Shown here piece after piece: positions 17,780-26,818 of a DNA stretch of 42,709 bases. Position 1 is the first letter of the stretch. Each line of letters starts with the position of its first letter. The translations under genes were made by a program, and so were the position numbers. Under the pieces are notes generated by a model, which saw nothing but the letters and a program-made list of their open reading frames with translations, searched no databases and was not told the DNA's origin. The stretch is from Thermoplasmatales archaeon I-plasma (GTDB lineage Archaea > Thermoplasmatota > Thermoplasmata > Thermoplasmatales > GCA-001856825): the NCBI GenBank assembly GCA_031961395.1, contig JAVRLO010000002.1, positions 1-42,709 of the forward strand, written 5' to 3'.

Positions 17780-19099
17780 ATGCCAAAAAACGTACTTATT
17801 ATGGGTGCAGCTGGAAGAGACTTCCACAATTTTAATGTCTATTTTAGAAATAATAAAGAGTACAATGTTGTCGGTTTCACTGCAACGCAGATACCGAACA
17901 TTGAAGGAAGAATTTACCCGAAGGAACTAGCAGGGGATCTTTATCCAAAAGGAATACCCATTTATCCTGAGGAAGAGCTTTCTACTCTTATTAAAGAGAA
18001 GAACGTGGACCTTGTAGTCTTTTCATATTCTGATGTGAGCCATGAATATGTGATGCACAAGGCATCTGAGGCTATGGCAGCTGGTGCAAATTACCTGTTA
18101 TTGGGTCCCAAAGACACTCAAATTAAGAGTAAAAAGCCTGTTATTTCTATATGTGCAGTAAGAACTGGATCGGGCAAATCACAAACAACAAGGAGAGTTG
18201 TAGATATTTTAAAGAGCAAGGGAAAGAAAATAGCTGTTATAAGGCACCCTATGCCATATGGAAATCTTGTGGAGCAAAAAGTTCAGAGATTTGCAACTAT
18301 GGACGATTTGGATAAAAATAAATGCACAATTGAAGAGAGAGAGGAATACGAACCTCACATCAAGAGAGGGGTTGTCGTATATGCAGGAGTAGACTACGAA
18401 GCAATACTCAGGGAAGCAGAGAAAGAGGCGGATATCATTCTCTGGGACGGAGGCAATAATGATTTTCCGTTTTATAAGAGCGATTTACAGATAGTTGTTG
18501 TTGATCCTCACAGAGCAGGTCATGAGATAAAATATCATCCAGGTGAAGTCAATTTAAGAAGTGCTGACGTCATTGTAATAAATAAAGAGGAAACAGCATC
18601 TCTTGACAATATAAATATAGTTAGGGAGAATATAAGAAAGTTCAATCCAAAGGCAATTGTTGTAGACGCCGCATCTCCATTTTTCTCAGCAGACTCTGGT
18701 CTCGTAAAAGGAAAGAGGGTACTTGCAATAGAAGATGGACCTACCTTAACACATGGGGAAATGTCCTATGGGGCCGCTGTACTTTTCTCCATTAAATATG
18801 GTGCGTCAGAGCTTGTAGATGCAAAGGAGTTTGCAAAGGGTTCGATAAAGGGAGTTTATGAGAAATATAAACAAATACACAACTACTTGCCAGCCATGGG
18901 TTACTCACCTGAACAGGTAAAAGACCTAGAAGCAACGATAAACAGTACCCCTGCCGATATAGTTGTATCCGGAACCCCAATAGACCTGACAAGGGTTGTT
19001 AAAATAAATAAGCCTCTGGTAAATGTAAGGTACGAGCTACAGGAGATAGGGAAACCAGATCTTTCAGAAATCATTGAGAATTTTCTGAAGAATCACTGA
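17780..19099 (+). CDS. P-loop protein of the predicted-GTPase / cyclic 2,3-diphosphoglycerate-synthetase-like family (COG2403-like)
   Basis: The N-terminus reads IMGAAGRDFHNFN and the Walker A-like motif is RTGSGKSQTT. 439 aa counted from the ATG at 17780; the track GTG is at 17771. The family name is recalled from memory and the function is uncertain. Confidence 0.55.
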   Translation: MPKNVLIMGAAGRDFHNFNVYFRNNKEYNVVGFTATQIPNIEGRIYPKELAGDLYPKGIPIYPEEELSTLIKEKNVDLVVFSYSDVSHEYVMHKASEAMAAGANYLLLGPKDTQIKSKKPVISICAVRTGSGKSQTTRRVVDILKSKGKKIAVIRHPMPYGNLVEQKVQRFATMDDLDKNKCTIEEREEYEPHIKRGVVVYAGVDYEAILREAEKEADIILWDGGNNDFPFYKSDLQIVVVDPHRAGHEIKYHPGEVNLRSADVIVINKEETASLDNINIVRENIRKFNPKAIVVDAASPFFSADSGLVKGKRVLAIEDGPTLTHGEMSYGAAVLFSIKYGASELVDAKEFAKGSIKGVYEKYKQIHNYLPAMGYSPEQVKDLEATINSTPADIVVSGTPIDLTRVVKINKPLVNVRYELQEIGKPDLSEIIENFLKNH

Positions 19100-19337
19100 A
19101 TGCTTTCTCCACAATTTTTTTAATAAGTTTTTCTTTACTTTCTTCCCATTCAATTTCAAATTTTTTTTCCATTTTCCAAGGATTTCTAGGATATTTCGCT
19201 TCGCTGTAAGTGTATTGTAAATTTAATGAATTTAGAATATCAATCAATTTATCTCTGGGAAAATTTCTTCTAACTCTTCTTCCGTATTTCCTAGAGATAG
19301 ATGGATCAAAATAGCTTTCCCAGATTATTTTCTTCAT
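19071..19337 (-). CDS. srp19: Signal recognition particle protein SRP19
   Basis: 88 aa. IWESYFDPSISRKYGRRV matches the SRP19 N-terminal signature. ATGA overlap with the rps8e stop. Confidence 0.85.
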   Translation of the reverse strand: MKKIIWESYFDPSISRKYGRRVRRNFPRDKLIDILNSLNLQYTYSEAKYPRNPWKMEKKFEIEWEESKEKLIKKIVEKAFSDSSENSQ

Positions 19338-19717
19338 TTCTTTATCAAAACAGCATTTATCTGTCCGTGCTGCCCCGGCCTGGAAGTAACTTTTGCAAGA
19401 CCAGCTTCTGTCTCTATTATCGCTCCTTTCGTAATGATGTTTCTCTGGGCAAAGTGTGGGTCTGCAATGTTCTCTTTAACATTAAGTATTTTTACTCTTC
19501 TCGTTTTCTTTTCGTCAGGGATCACTACATTAGCAATGTTGGAACTCAACAAAACCTGCTTTGCATTTCCACCTAAACCATAAATTACCTTCTTTTTATC
19601 ATTTCCAAGAATGGTATTGGTTGGTTCTCTTCCTAACTCAAATCTTCTCTTATGTCTATTATGTTGAAGAACTCCACCACTTATTTTAACTCTTCCTTTA
19701 CCGTGAAATATTGCCAT
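19334..19717 (-). CDS. rps8e: 30S ribosomal protein S8e
   Basis: 127 aa. The protein begins MAIFHGKGRVKISGG and contains HKRRFELGREPTNT. Confidence 0.9.
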   Translation of the reverse strand: MAIFHGKGRVKISGGVLQHNRHKRRFELGREPTNTILGNDKKKVIYGLGGNAKQVLLSSNIANVVIPDEKKTRRVKILNVKENIADPHFAQRNIITKGAIIETEAGLAKVTSRPGQHGQINAVLIKK

Positions 19718-19761
19718 AGTAAAAAGGTTATAAGAAAAAAGTAATTAAATGTTTCAGTACC

Positions 19762-20913
19762 TTATCTTTTTTCTATAGGTACGTACGGTACATCCAGCGG
19801 GCCAGTGTACCATTCTAGAGGTCTGAATAGTTTGTTATTGTTCCAGTACTCTACTACGTGAGCACCCCAGCCTGACATCCTTGAAGCAACGAATATTGGT
19901 GTAAATATCTCTCCCTCTATTCCGAGAGATCTATAAAGCGGTCCAGAGAAGAAGTCTATGTTTGGCCATATACCTTTTGTTTTTCCAAGTTTATCAATCA
20001 TGAGTTTCTCAGCTCTAAGGGCTATTTCTAGCAACTTCCTTACTTCTTCTGAGGGATTCTGTTTAATCCTCTCTTCAAGATATTTTCTAACAATCTTTGC
20101 CCTTGGATCATAGACTTTGTACACTCTATGTCCAAATCCCATGATTCTCTGCTTTCCTTCCAGTGCCTCTTCAATATACTTTTCTGTATTTTCTGGCTCG
20201 CCAATTGCGTACATCATCTTTAACGCAGCTTCGTCAGCTCCTCCATGAAGTGGTCCTTTTAATGTTCCAATACCTGTTGTTGTAGCAGCATAAATGTCAG
20301 CTAATGTTGAAGCGGTCACTAGGACGGAGAACGTAGATGCATTTGTGCTATGTTCAGCGTGTAGAATAAACATAAGATCGATAAGTTTCTCCTCTGTAGG
20401 AGTTGGTCTCTTCCCCGTTAGCATATATAGGAAATTAGCTGAGTGTCCCAGAGACATATCAGGGGGTATATATGAAAGTCCTTTTCTGAATCTTCCAGTA
20501 ACTGCTGCTATAGAAGCCAGCTTGGAGATGAGGGTTATAACCTTATCAATTGTAGCATCCCTATCTTTGTTGTTTAAATCCTTATCATACATAGATAGCA
20601 TAGACCCTGCTGTTCTCATTACATCCATTGGATGACTATTTTTCGCCATGGCCTTAATCACATCCATTACTTCCTGAGGTAGCTCTCTTCTATCCTTCAT
20701 CTTTCTTACAAATTCCTCATATTCAGCTTTGGTGGGAAGTTTTCCGTAAACTAGTAGGTAGGATACTTCTTCGAAATTAGAATGATCAGAAAGGTCTTCT
20801 ATTGTATACCCTCTATACCATAGTTTGCCATTCTGACCATCAACCTTAGATATTGCACTTTCGTCAACATAGATCCCTTCAAGGCCAAAATTAATTACAG
20901 GTTTTTCGGTCAT
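19762..20913 (-). CDS. gltA: Citrate synthase
   Basis: 383 aa. Motifs LHGGA, GFGHRVYKVYDPRA and NIDFFSG are present. The archaeal-type C-terminus reads YVPIEKR. Confidence 0.95.
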   Translation of the reverse strand: MTEKPVINFGLEGIYVDESAISKVDGQNGKLWYRGYTIEDLSDHSNFEEVSYLLVYGKLPTKAEYEEFVRKMKDRRELPQEVMDVIKAMAKNSHPMDVMRTAGSMLSMYDKDLNNKDRDATIDKVITLISKLASIAAVTGRFRKGLSYIPPDMSLGHSANFLYMLTGKRPTPTEEKLIDLMFILHAEHSTNASTFSVLVTASTLADIYAATTTGIGTLKGPLHGGADEAALKMMYAIGEPENTEKYIEEALEGKQRIMGFGHRVYKVYDPRAKIVRKYLEERIKQNPSEEVRKLLEIALRAEKLMIDKLGKTKGIWPNIDFFSGPLYRSLGIEGEIFTPIFVASRMSGWGAHVVEYWNNNKLFRPLEWYTGPLDVPYVPIEKR

Positions 20914-21370
20914 ATTTTGTTATTTCTTTCCCTTATTTAACAGTAATCAACATACTGCAGAATGTATGTAATATTTAGTGTTGCGTTTAATTTTTTTAGT
21001 AAAATGTAGATGAAGAATGCTTTAGGAATTAGAAGTTATGAAATATCGTGATTATTCCCATTTTTAGAAATTATTATTTGCGTCATAAATATTTAAAATA
21101 TTTAGGTTCCTTAAAAAAGAGAGTTATTGATAAAATTTTACAACGAATAATCAAAACGTTCGGGAAAGAAAAAAAGAAGTGCATTAATTTTTCATGAAAC
21201 GTAAAAAATAGGGGGATACAGAAGTATATATACGCCTTATCGCCTGTATTTTCCTTATTTTAGTACCAAAAGTTTCAGCAGGAGCACTGATGCATTCTAA
21301 AAGTAATTTATTTTTAGTAATATATTGAAGGAATAGGCAATATTTATTTCCAGATTTCATATTCATAACT

Positions 21371-22630
21371 ATGAAAAGTTTATATTTAATAATCTTGCTT
21401 TCATTATTCTTATTAATCATAATGGTTGCTCCGGCTAGTTCAGTGAATCAGAGAGCTCTGGTAGTTATAAATTTCAATTATCAAGTAGATCCAGGTGCCC
21501 AGGATTATTTTCAGTCAGTCTACCAATATGCTGTAGCTAATGACTATCCAGTTTTGATTATAATGAATACCCCGGGAGGTTACTTGGATAATGCATTTGC
21601 AATTATAAATTACACAGTGGCCGCAGAGAAATATATTACTGTTACTACGTATGTCCCACCTGGCGATATGGCAGCCTCTGCAGGGTCGTACATTGCCATG
21701 GCTTCCAATTATATCTATATGGGCAATGGATCATTTATAGGTCCCTCAAAACCATATATAATAGGTGGAACAGCTCTAGAAGAGCAACACGTGACAAATG
21801 CATCCCTTGCTTATATGGAATCTCTTGCACAGATGCACGGGAAAAATGTATCTGCTGTTATACCAATGGTGGAAAATAATACTGCCTATACTGCTGATCA
21901 AGCACTTTCCATGGGAATAATTAATGGTATTACAGACAATGTTTCTTCATTACTAGATAAACTCAATTACCAGAATTTGCCTAAAATAGAATTTTATGAA
22001 TCTCCTCTAGAGCAATTTGAATCATTCATCTCAAACTCTACAGTGGCAACATTCTTCATTTTGATAGGTGCGGTTGCTATATTGCTTGATATATATCACG
22101 GTTCTATAGTATTGACCATTGCAGGTGTAATATCATTAGCAATTGGCTTTTGGGGTTCTGGGCTTATTACGTATCAGCCTGTTTCATACCTTCTAATTAT
22201 CATAGGTGTAGCTATGATTTTTGTTGAAATAAAATTAGGTCATGGATTGGCAATGATCTCGGGAGTAGTATTGGTCATAGGAGGAAGCCTCCTAATGATG
22301 CTTGGAGTTACTTATTCATCAAATGTCCCTTACCTGAACACTTCCAATTACGCTCTTATTGCATTTGAGGCTACTGTAATTCCAATCGGTGCATTATACT
22401 TGATAGGATTGAGAAAGGCCGTTATGAAAAATCCACCGAAAGTTGGGGTAGACAGATACATTGGAAAAAAGGGAAAGGCTATTACTGACATATCGCCTGA
22501 AAAAGAAGGTGTTGTAAACGTACTGGCTGAAGAGTGGTCCGCAGTATCAGATGAAAAAATAGAGAAAGGGAGTGATGTGGAAGTAATAAAATTCGAAAAT
22601 GGAAAACTCTATGTTAAGAAATCTTCTTAA
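21371..22630 (+). CDS. Long NfeD-type membrane-bound serine protease (ClpP-class N-domain, TM region, C-terminal OB/NfeD domain)
   Basis: The product has an N-terminal signal/TM segment. The protease core contains MNTPGG and MAASAGSYIA. A multi-TM middle region follows. The C-terminal NfeD domain reads EGVVNVLAEEWSAVSD. Confidence 0.8.
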   Translation: MKSLYLIILLSLFLLIIMVAPASSVNQRALVVINFNYQVDPGAQDYFQSVYQYAVANDYPVLIIMNTPGGYLDNAFAIINYTVAAEKYITVTTYVPPGDMAASAGSYIAMASNYIYMGNGSFIGPSKPYIIGGTALEEQHVTNASLAYMESLAQMHGKNVSAVIPMVENNTAYTADQALSMGIINGITDNVSSLLDKLNYQNLPKIEFYESPLEQFESFISNSTVATFFILIGAVAILLDIYHGSIVLTIAGVISLAIGFWGSGLITYQPVSYLLIIIGVAMIFVEIKLGHGLAMISGVVLVIGGSLLMMLGVTYSSNVPYLNTSNYALIAFEATVIPIGALYLIGLRKAVMKNPPKVGVDRYIGKKGKAITDISPEKEGVVNVLAEEWSAVSDEKIEKGSDVEVIKFENGKLYVKKSS

Positions 22631-23033
22631 CTTTTAATGTAATTTTATCATCCATCACTGCTATAACTTCTATCAAATCATTTTCCTTAGTATCTGATTC
22701 ACTAACAAAACTCCATTCTTCATTTGACACTTGAGCAGAACCTATCTCACCTGCCTTTACGCCACGGGTAACCCTTCCTTTCTGACCTATGAGTGTATTT
22801 GTTTGAAAATATTTTTTATTAATCTTCTTAACGTTCGTCAAAGAAAAACCTATTAATAGTATTACAAAAATCAAGTAAAATAGTATTGCTAATATTAAAA
22901 GTGTCGGATGAGTTTGATCACTTATAAAATACTCTACTAAAAGGAAAGTAGAAAAAATAAAAATAAGTATAAGTATGATGAATGTTCTGTATCCATATCT
23001 CTGCATTATTGTGAGTTCCTGCTTATTATTCAT
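22614..23033 (-). CDS. Short NfeD-family protein (TM anchor plus OB-fold domain)
   Basis: 139 aa with two N-terminal TM segments. The C-terminus reads GQKGRVTRGVKAGEIGSAQVSNEEWSFVSE. It lies immediately downstream of the stomatin gene. Confidence 0.75.
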   Translation of the reverse strand: MNNKQELTIMQRYGYRTFIILILIFIFSTFLLVEYFISDQTHPTLLILAILFYLIFVILLIGFSLTNVKKINKKYFQTNTLIGQKGRVTRGVKAGEIGSAQVSNEEWSFVSESDTKENDLIEVIAVMDDKITLKVKKIS

Positions 23034-23047
23034 TGTATATGTATTAA

Positions 23048-23959
23048 TTACTTATTATTTGAATTTGCTGCATTTTTCAATGTTTCAGTAAAAGGTCTTA
23101 GTATTTCCGTAAATTCCATTGGAATTATGTATTTAGTTGATGATGAAGATCCCAGGTTTCTAAGCATATCGAGATACTGTAGTGCCAGCGTCTTCTGATC
23201 AATTTCCTTGGCTGCGTTGTAAATAGTGGTCAAAGCCATTGCAAAACCTTCCGCTCTTAAAATTGCAGCTTGTCTGTCACCTTCTGCTCTAAGTATGTTA
23301 GACTGCTTATCTCCTTCAGCGACAGTAATTGTAGCCTGTTTCTTACCGTCTGCTTCAGTCACAACCGCTCTTCTTGATCTTTCTGCGCTCATTTGCAATA
23401 TCATCGCATCCTGTACATTCTTTGGTGGAAGTATTTCTCTTATCTCTACGTTTGTAACCTTAACCCCCCAGCGAGTTGTTACTTCATCAAGTTTAGTCCT
23501 CAGAATTGCGTTAATGTTCTCTCTCTTTGAAAGAACTTCATCCAGAGCGATATCACCTATTACTGCCCTTAAGGTGGTTGTTGCGATTCCCATTGCAGCT
23601 CCTTCAAAGTTTTGAACCTGAATTACTGAATCAGAGGCATTAATGACCTTGAAATATATTATGAAGTCTATATCTACAGGAGCATTATCTTTAGTGATAC
23701 ATGTCTGATGAGGTATAGTCAAGAATCGTTCTCTCAAGTCTACTCTCACCGGCACATCTATTATAGGGTATATGAAGACTATACCAGGGCCCTTTTCGGC
23801 GAGAGCTCTTCCAAATCTGAACACTACGATTCTCTGGTATTCTCTTACAATTTTTATTGAGTACAGAAGAAAAGCTATAATAATTATTGCAACTAGAAAT
23901 ATTAAAGCTTCTTGCCCTACTCCTATTTGTAAGGTAAATGAACTAAATGGGATTCCCAT
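23048..23959 (-). CDS. SPFH/band-7 (stomatin-like) protein
   Basis: An N-terminal TM segment is followed by VREYQRIVVFRFGR and an SPFH core. The coiled-coil region contains the repeat AEGDKQSNILRAEGDRQAAILRAEG. Confidence 0.9.
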   Translation of the reverse strand: MGIPFSSFTLQIGVGQEALIFLVAIIIIAFLLYSIKIVREYQRIVVFRFGRALAEKGPGIVFIYPIIDVPVRVDLRERFLTIPHQTCITKDNAPVDIDFIIYFKVINASDSVIQVQNFEGAAMGIATTTLRAVIGDIALDEVLSKRENINAILRTKLDEVTTRWGVKVTNVEIREILPPKNVQDAMILQMSAERSRRAVVTEADGKKQATITVAEGDKQSNILRAEGDRQAAILRAEGFAMALTTIYNAAKEIDQKTLALQYLDMLRNLGSSSSTKYIIPMEFTEILRPFTETLKNAANSNNK

Positions 23960-24025
23960 AATTAATCAATAGGAAATTTATATATAAGTGTTTTCCGAGA
24001 ACTCAATTTATATTATAAAATAAAT

Positions 24026-24202
24026 TTAATCAGTTTTATTTTCTTTTAACTGTTCAAGAAACTTCTTGTAATTCTCATCATTAAATTCGAAAATAATTGA
24101 TCCAACGTAGCCACAGTCGTTACATTTATATTTTCCAGTAATAAATCCTGTTTCAAAATCTATATTTTCTGAGCCACATTGGGGGCATACTCTGTGTATC
24201 AT
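24026..24202 (-). CDS. Small zinc-ribbon protein, 58 aa (below the ORF-track cutoff)
   Basis: My own translation is MIHRVCPQCGSENIDFETGFITGKYKCNDCGYVGSIIFEFNDENYKKFLEQLKENKTD. It has CPxCG and CNDCG knuckles 16 residues apart. ATG start, TAA stop. A TTTTAT element lies about 27 nt upstream of the ATG. Confidence 0.6.
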   Translation of the reverse strand: MIHRVCPQCGSENIDFETGFITGKYKCNDCGYVGSIIFEFNDENYKKFLEQLKENKTD

Positions 24203-24438
24203 AATATGATATCAAATTTAAATGGATAAAATCTCCTCTGTATAATTGAAAAAAAACCTTTATTTTTTTTAGTTGTAGAATTAATTATATTAATATATAA
24301 AATTTAAAATATAATTGAAATTAATAATCCGATAAAAGATATAATCTTTTAAAAGGCAATCATCTTTAGTTTTGCTAAGAGAATGCAAATAATAAATATA
24401 TTTAGAAACATAATTTTATGTTAAAAATTATTCCTTGG

Positions 24439-24454
24439 AAAAAGAAGCAAAAAA
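24439..24454 (-). terminator. Oligo-T termination signal downstream of tRNA-Ser
   Basis: On the minus strand, T6 and then T5 runs begin 8 nt after the tRNA 3' end (ATTATTTTTTGCTTCTTTTTCC). Confidence 0.4.
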
Positions 24455-24462
24455 TAATGAGA

Positions 24463-24558
24463 CGCCGGGGGGGAGATTTGAACTCCCGATCCCTTGCGGG
24501 AACAGGCTATCCGTTGAATATTCCAGGCCTGCGCCTTTCCGGGCTGGGCCACCCCGGC
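24463..24558 (-). tRNA. tRNA-Ser (anticodon GGA) with a ~12-nt intron at the canonical 37/38 position; CCA is not encoded
   Basis: The minus-strand fold is as follows. The acceptor stem is GCCGGGG/CCCCGGC. The D-arm has a 3-bp stem. The anticodon stem is CAGGC/GCCTG. Between the anticodon-stem halves lie 19 nt (CTGGAA TATTCAACGGAT A). The long variable arm is TCCC-GCAA-GGGA. The T-arm is GGGAG TTCAAAT CTCCC. The discriminator base is G. The intron maps to about 24509-24520. Confidence 0.85.
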
Positions 24559-24580
24559 TCTATTCCCTAAATGCATAAGG

Positions 24581-24593
24581 TTTATTATTATTT
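24581..24593 (-). promoter_or_regulatory. TATA-box-like element for tRNA-Ser
   Basis: AAATAATAATAAA lies at -35..-23 relative to the tRNA 5' end on the minus strand. Confidence 0.35.
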
Positions 24594-24609
24594 CTTCCTT
24601 TCTCAATAG

Positions 24610-25371
24610 ATGGAATTACCAGAAGGTACATTGGATGTCCTGGATACATTTATTAAAGAATTTGTAGGAGAGAAAGATGTAATTTTGGGCATTTCAGGGG
24701 GGATTGATTCCGCATTAGTTGGATATTTATTGAAAAGGAATTTGTCGAAGAAAAAAATACATCTATACACCTTACCCGTAGGTAAAGAAGATCCAGATGT
24801 TAAAAGGGTATGTGATTTTTTAGACACGGAATATGAGAGCGTTGATTTACAGGAAGTTATAAACTTTTATACCAGATTCTCAGATGATATTAAAGTAATT
24901 GGAAACGTAATGGCCAGAACTAGAATGGTTTTTTTGTACGAAATGGCCAATAAATTTAATGGTCTGGTTGCAGGTACTTCCAATAAGAGTGAACTACTGA
25001 CAGGCTATTTCACAAAATATGGTGATGGTGGGTCAGATTTCCAACCTATTGGTGATATGTATAAAACTCAAGTTTTTAAACTTGCAACTCAACTTCATTT
25101 TCCAGAATGGCTTATAGAAAAGAAACCATCTGCCAACCTTTGGAAGGGGCAAACTGATGAGGAAGAACTGGGAATAAGTTATGCAAAGCTAGATATGATT
25201 CTAGAATGTTTGGAGTACTTCAAAAAACCTGAGGAATGCCAAATAAAAGATGTAAGTTTGGAAGAAATAAAAAGAATTTATGACCTAGTTGCAAAAAATT
25301 CACACAAAAGAATTAATTTTCTCATACCCAAGATAAGTTTTAGATCAGTAGGGACTGATTGGCTGGAATGA
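24610..25371 (+). CDS. nadE: NH3-dependent NAD+ synthetase
   Basis: The PP-loop motif is GISGGIDSA. GTSNKSELLTGYFTKYGDGG is also present. 253 aa. Confidence 0.85.
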   Translation: MELPEGTLDVLDTFIKEFVGEKDVILGISGGIDSALVGYLLKRNLSKKKIHLYTLPVGKEDPDVKRVCDFLDTEYESVDLQEVINFYTRFSDDIKVIGNVMARTRMVFLYEMANKFNGLVAGTSNKSELLTGYFTKYGDGGSDFQPIGDMYKTQVFKLATQLHFPEWLIEKKPSANLWKGQTDEEELGISYAKLDMILECLEYFKKPEECQIKDVSLEEIKRIYDLVAKNSHKRINFLIPKISFRSVGTDWLE

Positions 25372-25372
25372 T

Positions 25373-25756
25373 TTATCGCATTCCAGCAATTGCCTGCATT
25401 TGGGTCTTTCCTATTAGATCATCGAATTTCAAGTAAGCTATAAGCAGCAATATTCCAACTATGATAAATGAGAATATGAATCCAATTATCATCCATGCAA
25501 GTGTTTTACTCTTTGCCTGCGAATATTGCCTCTGATCTACTAGTTTTATTATTTGTTTAGCTTCGTAATATACCAGCAGAGATAATATTGCCATAATAAT
25601 AGTTAAACCTAAGGTAAATATTGCAAGTATTAGCTCTATTATTCCTACTATCAATGCCAGTATTGAAGCTATATTTACTACACTTCTTATTGTTTCCTTT
25701 TCTGGAGGGTCTCCGAAAGGAGGCACAGAAGTATTATTAATCATCTGATTATCCAT
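25373..25756 (-). CDS. Small membrane protein, unknown function
   Basis: 127 aa with about 3 TM segments and a polar N-terminus. ATG start. Confidence 0.55.
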   Translation of the reverse strand: MDNQMINNTSVPPFGDPPEKETIRSVVNIASILALIVGIIELILAIFTLGLTIIMAILSLLVYYEAKQIIKLVDQRQYSQAKSKTLAWMIIGFIFSFIIVGILLLIAYLKFDDLIGKTQMQAIAGMR

Positions 25757-25805
25757 TTTGGCTTATATAAGGGGGATATTTATATATATTTAAAAAATTT
25801 TATAT

Positions 25806-26141
25806 TTAAAGAAGTTTCAGATCTCCTGTAATTTCATCAATCACTATATCCTCATCCGGCCCGAATGCTGCACAGGTTAAAGTGTCAGGTTCTACTTGCG
25901 TTTTTCCAGCATCTCGAATAGGGCATACATTTATACCTATAGATTTGGCTTTCTGAATGAGCAATAAAAGGCTTTCCTCATCTTTTACCCAGACTACTAT
26001 TTTCTTTTGTCCCCCTGAAATCCAGTCCTCAACCTTTTTGGACTTTTTTAAAGCGCATTCAACAGCAGCATGAGATACTTGCGCTGCTATTTTACCCTTA
26101 CCCATATCTAGATCTTTTCTTACAGCTATAGCCATCTTCAT
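25806..26141 (-). CDS. pth2: Peptidyl-tRNA hydrolase, archaeal type (Pth2)
   Basis: MKMAIAVRKDLDMGKGKIAAQVSHAAV matches the Pth2 N-terminus. The track start at 26183 is GTG; I prefer the ATG at 26141. Confidence 0.85.
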   Translation of the reverse strand: MKMAIAVRKDLDMGKGKIAAQVSHAAVECALKKSKKVEDWISGGQKKIVVWVKDEESLLLLIQKAKSIGINVCPIRDAGKTQVEPDTLTCAAFGPDEDIVIDEITGDLKLL

Positions 26142-26183
26142 CTTTTCGAAACTATAATTACCACTTATCTTATTATCCTTCAC

Positions 26184-26816
26184 ATGAACTTCTATGTATC
26201 TTCCCTGATACCGCTCATCCTATTCACAATCTTATTCTATATTAACTGGAGTAGATTGGATAAAAAAGTTGATGAGGGAAAATTTGCAAGATTCCTCTTT
26301 TATGGTATCCTTATGGGGGTACTTTATTCAGTTCTATTTGTTTACGCCTATCTTTCTCTTTCTAAATATATAGATTTAATGATCTTTGCAGTTCTACTGT
26401 TATTACCAGTAATAGCATCAGGGTCTCAACTGTCTGTTCTTTCTGGCAAATATAAGACGAGGGAAGATCTGATACCGCTTTCATCATCGCTGGGCAGTTC
26501 TTATTCTCTTCCTATCTCCTTTATAATAGCTATGCTAACATCCCCTTCCATTCCAAACTATATTTATATTGCTTTTATAACTATTTTTTCCTTTGTTACT
26601 TTCTTAATGTCATCAGTTACTATTGCCATTGGAATTAAAAAAGGGAGGGTAATGTTATATTATAGCGCTGCATTTCTAATCCAAATGTTATTTTCATCAT
26701 CCATATTTTTTGAATATTTGTATGGCAGTTATTCTTTAATGATAATTATCCCGGAAATTTTATTTGCTGTATTATTATACATTTTCATTTTCCACAAGAA
26801 AATAGTGAGTGAATAA
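26184..26816 (+). CDS. Polytopic membrane protein (about 6-7 TM), unknown function
   Basis: 210 aa, hydrophobic throughout, with no catalytic motif I can recognise. It is the first gene of a tightly packed four-gene unit. Confidence 0.6.
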   Translation: MNFYVSSLIPLILFTILFYINWSRLDKKVDEGKFARFLFYGILMGVLYSVLFVYAYLSLSKYIDLMIFAVLLLLPVIASGSQLSVLSGKYKTREDLIPLSSSLGSSYSLPISFIIAMLTSPSIPNYIYIAFITIFSFVTFLMSSVTIAIGIKKGRVMLYYSAAFLIQMLFSSSIFFEYLYGSYSLMIIIPEILFAVLLYIFIFHKKIVSE

Positions 26817-26818
26817 AT

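Noticed and set aside
21184-21420. 78-aa minus-strand ORF in the gltA/NfeD divergent spacer
   Set aside because: It overlaps the NfeD start and signal peptide in antisense. It has no motif and a Lys/Ile/Asn-rich composition.
24421-24827. Minus-strand ORFs of 61 and 74 aa
   Set aside because: The first reads through the tRNA-Ser gene. The second is antisense to the well-supported nadE N-terminus. Neither has a recognisable motif.
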